Assembly: GCA_950097015.1 (NCBI GenBank) | Contig: CATNEN010000001.1 | Span: 8,432,001 to 8,496,000 of the forward strand | Origin: Macrostomum hystrix | Lineage: Eukaryota > Animalia > Platyhelminthes | DNA: 64,000 nt | Reading direction: 5' to 3' | Shown: positions 11,794 to 24,700 of the stretch, piece after piece | How the letters are laid out: each line of letters opens with the position of its first letter | Position numbering within the stretch: position 1 is the first letter of the stretch | Position numbers and translations under genes: made by a program | Notes under the pieces: model-generated | Told to the model about the DNA's origin: nothing | Database searches by the model: none | Seen by the model: the letters and a program-made list of their open reading frames with translations, nothing else

Positions 11794-14230
11794 TCAAACC
11801 ATTTGGATTACCTTTTGAATTGACGCATGAAAACGTTTAGTCGACTTGCGCAATACCTGCAATTAATCGATTTAATGGAGACTTGTCATATTTTCTACAA
11901 TCTAAGCTTGAAAGTATTGTCCAAGTAAAAATAATGATTCACCAGCATGTTCTTCTCCACAATGAGCCGTCTGACAGCCGCCACATCACTGTAGCGTTCG
12001 TCTTCGACTCCGACGCTGCCGCCCCAGGGCAGGTTTCGAGACGTGTCCGGGTAAGCGGCGCCTATCACTGCTAGCGGCGATGGAAGCACTCGCTGGCCAA
12101 GCTGCGGCTGCTGCTGCTGCTGCTGCGGCAGCATTGGTAGCAGGAATTGGTGCACCGCAATGCCGAGACGCTGAAGGTCGGCAGCCACGGCGGCTTTGCG
12201 TTCGGCAAGTTCGTCCGCTGTGTAGGTGTCCGCCTTGGCCAAGACTGGCACGAGGTTCACCTTGTCGTCGAGGTATTTCAAAGCCAGAGCGTCACATCGG
12301 CGCAGGCCGCGGCCTCCGATTGGTGGCAGAAAATACAGGCAGCAGTGGACGCGTTCGTCCTCTTCGGGTCGGAAGTCGAACTGATTGGCCGCCCGAGCGT
12401 TCACGTAGCTGGTCACCTATATTTTGAGGTGCTTATAGTCAATGGTTGTTTTGGTTGCTGCCATTTTTGCCGCCCGTTTATATAATAACGGGCGGAAAAT
12501 TTCCTAGGCGATGATGTACTGTGGTTGATCTGCGCCTAATATTTAGTCTTGATGAGTGAAATCGGAGAAATTCGCGTCAGGGTGTCCATAGTGGCCTAGT
12601 TCCACCTGTTGTAGCCCTCAAATGTCCAGCATTACGTCTAGATAAATGGTAGTTGACCAACGAAGATGGAGATGATGCAGGCATATTCGGGTGACATACT
12701 GATAAATTTTGAAGGCCTTGCAAGGCCGCACTGAGGCGCACTGGTGATTTGTGGATAGGGGTGTATGAAATACACTAGCGCTTATGGGAAAAATGTGACC
12801 TTAGGTCAGAACCATTGAATATCTCGACGGTCTGAAGAGCTGGCGACTTGATTCTTGTTTCAGAAGATGCGCAACAAAAAGTTGGCCCGTGTTTTTTAGT
12901 TTCGTGTGCTTGCGTCGTTCCGTTCGGGTGCAGCACCAAAAATTGTCAGGGGGGATTTCCCCACTGGTAGTTCTACTGTTAATAACTGGTCCATTTTTCA
13001 GGGCCATGGGTTCGTCTTTTATCTAAAAGACGAGCTTCGTGTCAGTATTGCTTGGTGCTGCTTTAAGAACACACCGTTTTCTAATAGTCGAGTTTCGAGC
13101 TCTAGAGCTCATCTGTCAGGATCCCGAAGCTATTTAGCCACTGGACAACCAACCTACAATGAACTTGAAGGCTACGATTTATATTTATATCAGATGCCTT
13201 AGCAGTAAAACGACAAGAGTTATTTCAAATACCCGCATTTTTTTCTGTACCTCTTAAAATATTCTACCGATCGCCATGAAAATCCAGAACACGGGCTAAA
13301 ATGTTTCCTCTCTATACGATGAAACAACTAACAGAATCATAAGACATCGGCATCGTCAAGATATTCAACGTTTCTCGTCGGGGTGTGTTGAGGCGAAAAC
13401 CGCCAATATACGCTTAATTTTCTGCTCACAAAATTTCATCGTGTCACCATAATAGGCTATATTTGTCTTGACGATGCTGACGTCTGACGGCTTTGAAATT
13501 GAGTTCATCGTGAAGAGCGGAAAATGTAGATAAATTTGATATGTTAAGTAGAATTTCACGGAAATCTGTCATTCGGTTTGGGAGCGATCGTGGAGTTGGC
13601 AGTGAATATTTTAAATAACCCCTAGTTTTCCCCACGGGGAAAAAAGCGTCTTTCCGCTGCTAACAATTGGCCCAACATACTACTTAAAACACAACTAGAG
13701 CTTAAAAATTTTGAACGCGTCAACAGCAGAATGATTTTTCAATGCCAGATAATTCATCAGAATTTAGCATTGCAAACCTGCTTAGCTAGATAGTCAGCCA
13801 CAACTGTCCATGGACTGCGGTTGCTGTCTCCAATAGTGTAGTTAACGGTGGTCATAATTCGTACAGTCAGCCTGCGATTGCTACCAGTAAGTGAAAGCGC
13901 CTGCTGCTGCTGCTGCTGACCGTCGCTAGACGATTCAAGAGTCGAGCTGGACTCACCAATACAGAGCTTCTCTTTGAGCACACTAACTGGGAACTCTCTG
14001 GTTGGATCGGCACTGGCTGTGACAGCCAAGGATCGATCTCTTTCTTCTCGAAGTCTGGTGGCCCGGACGCCAAACAGTGTCTCCAAGAATGTCAGCTTGC
14101 CGACGCTGTCCTCGCCAACTGCCATGAGGTTGAAGCATGCTGGCTTACTCAGCAGATAGTCTATGGTCTGGGTTTCCAGGCATTTGCGCAAATAACCTGC
14201 CTCCGGCTGCACTTTAGTGCTGCTTTCCAT
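11794..14230 (-). CDS. Divergent septin-like protein
   Basis: Exons 14230-13778, 12416-11943, 11856-11794 (phase 0 GT-AG); possible extra 5' exon 14359-14328 splicing to 14267. Septin motifs FNLMAVGEDSVGKLTFLETLF, DERVHCCLYFLPP, KVNLVPVLAKADT, RNLPWG..VEDERYSD. Confidence 0.85.
12460..12992. mobile_element. Non-autonomous interspersed repeat (MITE-like), same family as 62545-63178 in opposite orientation
   Basis: 12828-12990 is the reverse complement of 62545-62720; the TTTTGCCGCCCGTTT end matches 63155-63172. Confidence 0.6.
13200..13645. mobile_element. Interspersed AT-rich repeat family (DNA-transposon/MITE-like); related pieces at ~14560-14965, 20340-20655, 25800-25925 (inverted), 58240-58365
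   Basis: Shared blocks TTTTCTGCTCACAAAAT and GTCATTCGGTTTGGGAGC.ATC. Confidence 0.6.
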
Positions 14231-15043
14231 TGTGAAGCGCTGAATTAGTCTTGAGCTTCCACTTTCGCTAGATTTATTTGCAGAATTCGTCCTATTTATC
14301 TGTGCAACCGTTGGAAAAGGTTCTCACCAATCTTGTCTGAAGCGACTTTTGGTTCCCATGCTGCTGCTTAGTCAAACAACTAGTGCGCAGATACACACTG
14401 GCCAGTGAACAGATTTTGGTTGGCTGTTCGGTTCACAGGGAAAGCTTTTCTAAGATACCAAACATGTTAGTTTTTTATTCTGTAGCACAACAGTATGGCT
14501 AGATGACTTGCTATGAAGCCATATTTTTAATTCAAGAAAAATTTTGTTTTACAGTACCAAGACCTCGGAGGGTATTTCAAATATCCACATTTTTCTTCTT
14601 TCTGTATCTCACAAAATAGTCAACCAAGCGCCATCAAAATACAGAACAAAGGTTAAAATTATGCGCTCTATCCGATGAAAAATTTCCAGATATTTAACCA
14701 TTCTCATCGGGTAGTCTGGTGGCAAAAACCACAAAAAACGTCAACATTTTTCTGCTCACAAAATTTCACCATGTCTGCTATCATTTTTGTCAATTTGGGA
14801 TTGTTTAATTGTAATCTTTTTTTTTTGAACCAATATGGATTCGCCACAGAGCTAAGAGTATGTGAGTTGTCCTTGTCACCAGGGTCTCCGACAAGAGTCG
14901 CTGAATATTTCGACGATGCTGACGTCGGACGGCTGTGAAAGTTAGTTAATCCTATGAGCGTAAAGTGCGCAAAATTTTCGGCGCTCGCGCTGCAGTAACA
15001 ATGAGACTCAAAAATAGTGAGGAAGAAAACAATTCTATGTGCT

Positions 15044-15396
15044 TATAATAATAATTGCAGGAGGGCTGCGGGCAATGGCACATCATTTGGTGACACTAGA
15101 CCCGCAGCCAGCGAGGAGGCAATTCTGCCCCATTTCGCTGACTCCTGAACACACACGCACACAGATACTGTACGCAGGCATACACTCACACAGATGTGTG
15201 CATCTGCCCTGACTTTCTGAAGTGTAAATTTCACTGTGCCTTGGAGGTTGGCCCTCAAGGGCGTAAATTGTACGACAAGCCCCCAAGCATTTTCTCCGCG
15301 GCTGCGCCCCAAAAAAATGTGGCCTCGCTGCGGAATCGAACTTAGGGACCGTGGTACGAGACGCAAACGCGATAACCGCTCTGCCACCGACCCCCT
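15044..15396 (-). mobile_element. tRNA-derived SINE family 1, full-length copy
   Basis: Minus strand begins GGGGGTCGGTGGCAGAGCGG (A box)...GTTCGATTCC (B box) and ends in a long hairpin and (TTA)n tail; ~11 copies in the window. Confidence 0.85.
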
Positions 15397-15643
15397 TGCT
15401 ACGTGCTTTAGCCTATGGGTATTAACGGCGATGGGCAGAGAGAGAAGGGGGTGTGGGGCGAAGTCCCCACTTCCTACCATAGACAAAACTGTTTGACTAA
15501 GCTATTCCTTGAATGTGGTCTACTAAACTTTAGTCTATGAAGTAGAGCGACATTAACGCTCATCCAACGCGCGTCTTAATGTCACCCAAAGTGCATAACA
15601 ACGAACAAAATTTTCTAAACATTCAATAAAACACGAGTTCAAT

Positions 15644-15649
15644 TTTATT
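15644..15649 (-). promoter_or_regulatory. Candidate polyadenylation signal of gene A
   Basis: AATAAA on the minus strand ~115 nt after the stop codon. Confidence 0.5.
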
Positions 15650-15763
15650 TTGCTTCTTTTGTTTCTTTTAGGTTAAATCACCTTAAATAGTTACTGAATC
15701 CCATTAACCAATTAGTTAATTAAAGAAATCAAGTTTGTCCATTATGTCATTTCGGAAGCTGCG

Positions 15764-18700
15764 TCACTTGACCTCGAAGATGCCATTGTAGACGCTCCCA
15801 CCGCACCTCTCGCCGGCGTTGCCTGTACAGGCCACGTTGCAGTTGGCATTGGAAGTGTCGCCGCTATTGCCGTACTGGTCTCCGCAGCCGCAGATTCTGC
15901 CATTCTTCAAGCCGAAATAGGGCAGCTTCTTGGCCTTGCAGAGATTGTTGCACTGCCACACGGTCATTCCGTTGGACACCTTGGCCACCGCCAGCTCCGG
16001 GTAGCTCGGGTCGTCCAAGTAGCAGCCTAAGAATCCTGGAATAGCGTATAGATAGGCTATAAATTACTGCAGCACAGATGAATCATTATAACAAGCCGCT
16101 AACATACCTGGATGCGGTCTCACACAGATTCGACGTGTGACAGTGCGACAAGGACATTCTGTAAATATAGTGGCAGAAATTGTAAAAAAAATTATTCTTT
16201 AAAAAAATAATAATAATTGCAGGAGGGCTGTGGGCAATGGTACATCATTTAGTGACACTAGACCCACGGCCAGCGAGGAGGCAATTCTGCCCATTTCGCT
16301 GACTCCTGAGCACACACGCACACAGATACTGTACGCAGGCATACGCTCACACAGGTGTACATCTGCCCTGACTTTCTCATCGTAAGCAGTGTACACTCTC
16401 ACTGTGCATTTGAGATTGGCCCTCAAGGGCGTAAATTGCACGACAAGTCCCCAAGCCTTCTCTCCGCTGCTGCGCCCCAAATAAATGTGGCTTCGCTGCG
16501 GAGTCGATCTTAGGGACCTTAATGCGAGAGGCAAACGCGTTAGACCCCTCTGCCACTGACCGCTCTTAGATTGCGCTTTAGTTTCTCTTGAAGTTCATAT
16601 TTACTACTTAGAAAGATGTGTGCCTCAGTTACTCACTTCCTTTGAGCACATTGTCCAGACCGGCGATGTTGGCAGGGAAAGCGCTGAAACTCATGTCACC
16701 GTGGGCGCTGCGCCTGATGAACTCCATGATCTGAACAGCGAAAACGAGGGAAGCGGCGCAGAATTATAATTAGTATTCGCAAGACAAGTGTACACTCTCA
16801 CTGTGACTTAGGGGAGATTTGGCCCTTATGAGCCAAGCCTACTCTCCACAGCGCCACAAATAAATGTTGACTTACCGCGGATTTTAAGTAAGTAGGTTGT
16901 AGCCTAGTAAGGGGTTGTAACTTAGTAAGGGGTTGCAGTCTAGTAAGGGTTTGTAGCCTAGTGGCGTCGGACTAACGACTTAAAGGTCGTGGGTTCGATT
17001 TCGGACTCCACTGGAACAATTTGTGTCCTTTAGCAAGACACTTAACACTGCATTGCTTCAGTTCGTCCAGCTGTTACGCTCGTAAATGGGTAACAGCATC
17101 AGCTTGGGTAATTGAGGGTGGGTGTCCCCATAGTCCATGGACTTTGGAAATCTAATCAAGTGGTCAGCAGCCATAGCCTACCTTATTGCTAGTCTTCGAG
17201 TGCAGCCGCGACAGCCGGCCGAAAGTCAGTTTGGCCAGTTTAGCAAACGCGCCACCCTTTGATCCACACATTCTGCCTGTGGCCACTGTGAAGAACCTGA
17301 TCCGCTTGGCCTTCAGCTTGGCGGCTACGGCGTTCATCTTGCGCTCATCCTTGGCCGACGCATCGGTGAACAGAATTATGATGGAGTTTGGCTCGGCTGC
17401 CTCGGCAGCGTCCAGGGCACCCGACATGGCAAACTCGGGACAGTCGCCGCCACCGCTGGCCTTCAGCTTGTTCAGGAAGCTGGTGATCTCCGACACGCTG
17501 GTGGTCTTCTTCAACAGCTTCTTGTAGGGATCGCCGAATGTGGCAATGACGAAGTCATCGAATCTATTGTTCGCGGCGATGATGCGCCGTATGTTATTCT
17601 TGACAGACTGGATGACCTTGCCCATGCTGCCAGTGGTGTCAATGACAAACACCAGTGAGCCGAGACCGCGATGGTCCTTCGGCGGCTTGCACGAACAGGT
17701 GCGATGAAGCACAAATTTCTCCTTGGTGCCGAGGGCACAAGCTGGAATCGAATTCGTTTTGTGAGTGCTATATCAAGAAGGCGGTGAACGCGCCCTCTCC
17801 ATCTCTCGCACTGAATGCCCTGAACTGAAATCTGCGTCGAGGCTAAAATAATTTGGGAAGCAGTCGCGAGGAGAGAAGACTTGGTAGCCAACCCCAAGAC
17901 ACAGCGCGGTGAGAGTGCACGCTGCATAACTATGGACACTGCCTGACTATGGACACTACCTAACGATGGACACTACCTAACGATGGACACTACCTAATGA
18001 TGGTCATTGCCTAACGATGGACACTGCCTAACGATGGTCATTGCCTAACGATGGACACTGCCTAACGATGGACACTACCTAACGATGGACACTGCCTAAC
18101 GATGGACACTACCTAACGATGGTCATTGCCTAACGATGGACACTACCTAACGATGGACACTGCCTAACGATGGACACTACCTAACGATGGTCATTGCCTA
18201 ACGATGTACACTGCCTAACGATGGACACTGCCTAACGATGTACACTGCCTAACGATGGACACTGCCTAACGATCGTCACTGCCTTACGATGGACACTGCC
18301 TAACGATGGATACTACCTAACGATGGTCATTGCCTAACGATGGTCACTCCCTAACGATGAGTCCTAACTTCGTGCTTGTATATTCTGTGAGTATCTTCGC
18401 AGATTCAAAGTACCATTGCAAAAAAACCTGTTTGATATTAATAAATGACAACCAAGGACTCACTCGAGGCCTCCAGCTCAATGCCAGTTGTGAAGATGTC
18501 GTTTCTCCAGCTGGCTCCGCAGTACAGAGCCCCGTTTCCCGTGCACTGCATGCGGCACTCCGCCTGGCTTCTCTTTCCGTGCTTTCCGTAGCTGTTGCCG
18601 CACCAGCACTCGTTGGCGTATTGGACTCCGAAGTAGCGATAGCCTAGACGCTTGCACTTCATGCGGCACTTCAGCACGGACATCTTGCCGGTACCAGCCA

Positions 18701-21700
18701 GCTTTGGTAGATCGCGATGGTGCGAATCGGCGAAGCAGCCGATGTGCTTCATACCTAGGGCTGAAGTTTGCAAATGAAGCCAATTTAAATTTTACCCCAT
18801 GAAAGAGACAAAATTTCCAGGTCCCACTATGTAATCCGACGATCTGATACTGCCGTTCAGAAGAAATGGTTCTAGATACAATAAAAACGAGTTTATTTTT
18901 TCAACTCCGAAATTTCAAAAGCCTGAGTGAATAAAAGTATAATAAATCTAAATAATTTATAACTTGCAAGCTTGTGTTTAGTTGAAATTGCGCAGTGAAT
19001 GCGCGGCGCATCTGACGGCTTTGTACGGCTGTTCAGTCCATGGACTGGGGGGACACCACACCCACTCTCAATAACCCCTATTTAACAGCTGTGTGAACTG
19101 AAGCAATTTACATTTAAGCATCTCGCTTAAGGACACAAATTGTTCTAGCAGAGTCGGGAATCAAACCCTCGACCTTCAGGTCGTGAGTCCGACGCTCTAA
19201 CCAATAGGCTACTGATATACGGAAGCAAGGAGCAACTAAATTGAGACGAATCATAGGTGATCATATTTTTACCTCTCGGTTTTTCAATCTCAATGCCGGT
19301 GGTGAATACTTCGTTCCTGTACGGTCCGCCACATTTCGACGTCTTATCGCCCTGGCAGGCCGACTTGCAGGACTTCTCAGACGCCCGACCGAATGCTCCG
19401 TAGGAGTTGCCGCAGGTGCAGTGATCACCGTTCTGTAGGCCGAAATATGTGTAGCCCTTGCTCTTGCAGTAGCGCCAGCAGAACGCCTTGCTGGTCTTGA
19501 AGCCGGCGCGGTAGAGCACCGGCAAGTCGCGCTTGGCGTTGTCGACGAAGCAGCCTAGGCGCTGAACACCCCTGGCTTCAATGTGCATTGTGCAAATGAG
19601 CAAGAAAATTTGATTAAATGCCAATGATAATAGGAAAAAATGTTGTAGGTAGATAAAAAGTTAATAATAAATAGTTACAGAACTAATATATAGAACTAAT
19701 TGGGCCAGATGTGCAGCCGACAGCACAGCCGCGGCTTTTGTTCTAGCAGATCGGCTTTGTTCAGTCCATGGACTGGGAAAACGCGACACCCACCCTCAAT
19801 TACCCCAGCTAATGCTGGTACCCATTTAACAACCGGGAGAGCTGAAGTAACACAGACTATGACTCATCGATTGGGATCTAAAAGAAGCTTTAAAATAGAC
19901 AAAAAACTCCGAAATTTTCAGGTAGAGTGTACTTTTGTCCAGTATCAGTGGTTTACCTCGGCTGGCAATCTCGATTCCCGTGGTGTAGACGCTGTTTCTC
20001 CAGCCAGCTCCGCAGTAGGTGGTCTTGTCACCGCTGCACTGCATTCGGCACTCAGTGTTTGGCCTGATACCGTAGCGACCATAGTGATTGCCGCAGAAGC
20101 AGTGAGTTGAGTACTGCACACCGAAGAATCTGTAGTTGAGCTTGCGACACAACTGGTAGCACTTCGGCACGCTCATGTTGGTGGTGCCAGCCAGGTGTGT
20201 CAGATCTCTGGTAGCGGTGTCAACGTAGCAACCGATGTACTTAAGACCAGGAGCTGAAGGAGAGGAGTTTTAATGAATGAAAGAGCAGAAATTTCAAAAC
20301 GATAGCATTTAATTTGACTGAACTTGCCAGTAGAAAGACCAGAGGAAGGTATTTCAAATGCCCACATTATTAACTTTTGTACCTCAAAATATTCAACCAA
20401 TCGCCAGGAAAAATAGTGGTGAAAACAACCAATATAGGCATTATTTTTCTGCTCACAAAATACCATCATGTAACCGTCTGCTATCATTGTTGACGGTTTT
20501 AGATTGATAATTTTTTTTACTTTTTTAATCTTTTAACCAACAGTTAGTTCAGTTAGTTCAAAGTTCACAAAAATCGGTCATTCGGTTTGGGAGCTATCAT
20601 TAAGTTGGCAGTAGGTATTTTAAATACCCCTCCGTTGTCTTTCCCCAGGCGAAAGACCGTGTTCTTTCTATTTACGAGCGTATAGTACTCACTGGAAGCA
20701 CGCTTCGTCTGGAGTCCGGTGCTGAAGATGGAGTTCCTCCAGCCGCTGCCGCATTTCTCGCGTCTGTCACCAGCGCAGGCCATATTGCACTGCTTGTCGC
20801 TAACACGACCGAACGATCCGTAGCGGTTGCCGCAGGTGCAGCTGGTTGAATACTGCATGCCGGCGAATTTGTAGCCAGCTCGCTTGCACAGCTTGATGCA
20901 GTACGGCCTGGTTGCCTTGGGACCCACGTGCACCACTCTTGGCAGGTCGCGAACAGCGTTGTCAATGAAGCAGCCGAGGTACACGGAGCCTGATGAACAA
21001 AAGAAATTTAGTCGTGTTGTTAATACTATAGCTTTTCATGCCAGTTGCTAAATGAACTCACCCTTGATCTTAGCCTGCAGTCCTGTAGTGAAGATGTCGT
21101 TTCTCCATCCGGCGCCGCAGTAGGCGGTCTTATCCCCGCTGCACTGCATCCGGCACTCGCTCTTGTCGTGTCGTCCGTAGCGACCGTAGTGGTTGCCGCA
21201 CCAGCACTCGTTGGCGTATTGGACACCGAAGAACCTGAAGCCGAGCTTTCTGCACAGGCCGTAGCACTTGCCCACTGTCATGTCGCCCGTACCACCAAGC
21301 TTAGGCAGATCGCGCACTCGAGCATCGACAAAGCACCCCAGATGGACCATGCCGGGTGCTGTACGAGTTAAAACAATTCTTTCATTTGTTAGTCACGTTC
21401 ATAGTTGTAAAAGTGAAACCTAATTTCCAAACTCACTCTTGGATTTCTTCGATATCAAGCCGGTGGTGAAAACCTCATTTCTCCAGGCGCCGCCGCATTT
21501 CGCTCTGCGATCGCCCCGGCAGACGCTTGAACAGGTGGCAGCCGTGCCTCTGCCATACCGACCAAATGTATTGCCGCAGGTGCAATGATTGCCGAATTGC
21601 AGGCCGAAGTACTTGTAGCCCCTGTCTCTGCAGTAGTGCCAGCAGAAGGTCTTTGTTGTGCGGTAACCAGCAGCGAATAGTAGCGGCAGGTCGCGCCTCG

Positions 21701-24700
21701 CCGCATCGACAAAGCAGCCGAGTCGACGAACTCCAACCTCTGTTAATTTTTTCAAGGTTGAAAAGGGTGCGAAAAAAACTTTCTTGATTCTGGCGATGTC
21801 TTCGTCTTGACTGGCATTTCTAAAGTCTGCTTACAGCTAGCTGCTCAGTCCATGGACTGGAAAACGTTCGCCACACCCACCGAAACTTCTACTTGTAGCC
21901 CAAAGAATTCAGATGCTTGTGTCAGTTAGGACGCTGAAGCTGAACTCATTGAAGAGCTACAGCTTTGAGCTAGATTAGCAGGTCAAAAGTTCAGCGATGG
22001 ACTCACGTGCATTAGCCAAGTCCAAACCAGTAGTGTAGATCATGTTCCTCCAACCAGCACCGCAGTAGCCAGTCTTGTCACCTGTGCACTGTTTTCTGCA
22101 CTCAATTCGCGATCGGCTGCCATAGCGACCATAGTGATTGCCGCACCAGCACTCGTCGCCATTCTGAACACCGAAGAATCTCTGCTTCTTCTGTCGGCAG
22201 AGGTGGTAGCACTTGGCGGTGCTCATGGAGCCTCTGCCAGCTAGGAGTGGCAGGTCTCTGGACTTTTGATCAACGAAACAGCCAAGCTTGGCCATGCCTG
22301 GAGCTGAAAATGTTTATAGGTAAATTAAAAACACGTATGGTCCATTAACACTGAAAAAGCGGTTTACTCATTTAGAATCCGAGACTCACTGGCAACACGC
22401 GGCGCGGACAGTCCAGTTGTGTAGACCGCATTCCTCCAGGGTCCGCCACAGTAGGTGCTCTTCTCGCCCTGGCAGAATGATCGACAGTTGATCTCAGACA
22501 CTCGACCGAACTGGCCGTACGAATTGCCGCATGTGCAGTGGTCGCCGTTCTGCACGCCGAAGTACAGATAGCCGCGCGATTTGCAATACTTGAAGCAATA
22601 GTTGCGAGTTGTCTTTGATCGGGCGGCGAGTAGCGTGGGCAAATCGCGACGACCGTTGTCGATGTAACATCCGAGATACCTGACTCCCGCAGCTATAAAT
22701 TAAATTTACGAAATTATCTTAGATATTTGAAAACTTACGGATATATTTCCTAATCGCAAAAAACTTTTTGTTGCTTGAAGCCTATTTAACTGACTCCTGG
22801 ACACAGGACACACAAGCACGCAGATACTGTAAGCGTACACGTACTCACAGATCTACGTACATCTGCCCTGACTTTCTCATCGTTAGGCAGTGTACACTCT
22901 CACTTTGACTTAGAGGTTGGCACTCAATGGCCTAAATTGCACTAATCTTTCTCAAGGTGCGAAAGGCAAAAGCGTTAACTGCTCTGCTGCTTAGTCTCTC
23001 CCTTAATCCTATAGTTATGTAGTCAAGGCTTGCCTGGTGGCCAAGCCCTAGCTGTGACATAGTGTCCGAACGCCTGGACTTCGCACAAAGTCAAAGGAGC
23101 CCGGTTCCTTGTCTCAATTCGGACAACGCGTCCAATCAGGTTGCAGCTGAAAGTTCGCACCGAGAAGGCTGCTGAAGAATGGTATGAGGCGCACTCTTGG
23201 CCGTCGACCTTCACCACGAAGTTGTTGAGTCGATTAGCGCAGCAGTCCTGCCTGTTGTAGATGGTGACCTCCGTGATTCTAGCCAGTCTGGCGGTCTTCG
23301 CCTGCCACCAGGCACCCTTAGCAGCGGCGGTGTGAGTGCAGGAATGCTTGAAGAAGTGCTGATTAGTGTTGCCGTCGATGGCTCTGATGCACGGTGCCTT
23401 CCAAACAGTCGACTTTTGCGAGCACTGAGACAGAGACAGCTTGACTGGAACAATTGTTGGTGGTTTGATGTTGAATTGTATTTTATAACGTATAAGGTCT
23501 CAATTTTCGTTAGTGCATCTGCTAAGGATACAAAATGCTTACCTTCGCCCCTCTTTCCCAATCCAGTCGCGTAGACATTGTTTCTCCAGGCGGCGCCGCA
23601 CTTCTGCTTGCTGTCGCCAGAGCATCGAGCGCTGCACTCAGAAGCGCGCCTACCCCCGTGTTTTCCATATTCGTTGCCACACCAGCACTCGTTGCCGTTC
23701 TGCAGGCCAAAGTAGGCCATGTTCTTCTGCCTGCACAGCTGGTAGCACTTCTGGATTCGCATTGAGCCGCGGCCGGCAAGGGTGGGCAGGTCGCGATTTG
23801 AGCTGTCCAAGAAGCAGCCAACGTAGAGCAGTCCCGGCACTGGAGTTTTGAGTATGCGATATGGGCTTATAAAGTCTATAACTAATTTTACTTTTAGCAA
23901 GCTGATTTCACTCACTTATATCGCCAATCGTTAGTCCAGTCGCGAAGATGTCGTTGCGCCAAGCCGAACCGCAGTACGTGCTGCCATCGCCTCTGCACCT
24001 CATTCTGCACTCTTTCTTTGGTCTCACGCCGTAACGTCCGTAAGTGTTGCCGCACCAGCACTCGTTTGAGTTCTGCACTCCAAAGTACAGGTACTTTCTA
24101 GCTCGGCACATTTGGTAGCACCTGGCTACTCGCATGTTGCTGCCTCGACCGGCCAGGACCGGTAGATCTCGTCGGCCTTTGTCGACGTAGCATCCAAGAG
24201 CTCTCATACCTGGAGCTGTATTAGTCGAAAACTATTCAAATTACGAAATCAGACAGTATATTTTAAGAGCCTTCAACATGACCACAAGCGTTTAAACTTA
24301 CTCGGAATGGCAGGCGGTGTCACACCAGTCGCATAAATGTTGTTCCTCCAGCCGGCGCCACAATACGTCGACTTGTCGCCGCTGCATCGCATCTGACATT
24401 CTGTGATCTGTCTCACACCGTAGCGACCATAGCTGTTGCCGCACCAGCACTCGTTTCCGTTCTGTACACCGAAGTACATGTAGTTCTTGCCTCTGCAGAG
24501 CTTGTAGCACTTTGGCACGGACATGTGTCCCGATCCGAGGTTGGCCGGAAGATCTCGGCTGCCCGAATCAACAAAGCAGCCAAGGTGTCTGATGCCTGGC
24601 ACTGAAATTGAATCAGTGCGTTTCAGTAAGGTGGTTTTCCTGAACTACTGAAAGTTTACAGTTGTGCTACCGATCAACTTACTCTCCGGTGCTGTTCTCA

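Noticed and set aside
15107-15120. SINE 3' region contains GCCTCCTCGCTGGC (minus strand), identical to P3/L3 of the genomic HDV ribozyme
   Set aside because: No upstream P1 partner, no P1.1 GG in register and no convincing P2; the following bases pair better in a simple long hairpin
15043-16534. ORFs 15043-15486 and 16199-16534 with similar peptides
   Set aside because: Chance frames through copies of SINE family 1
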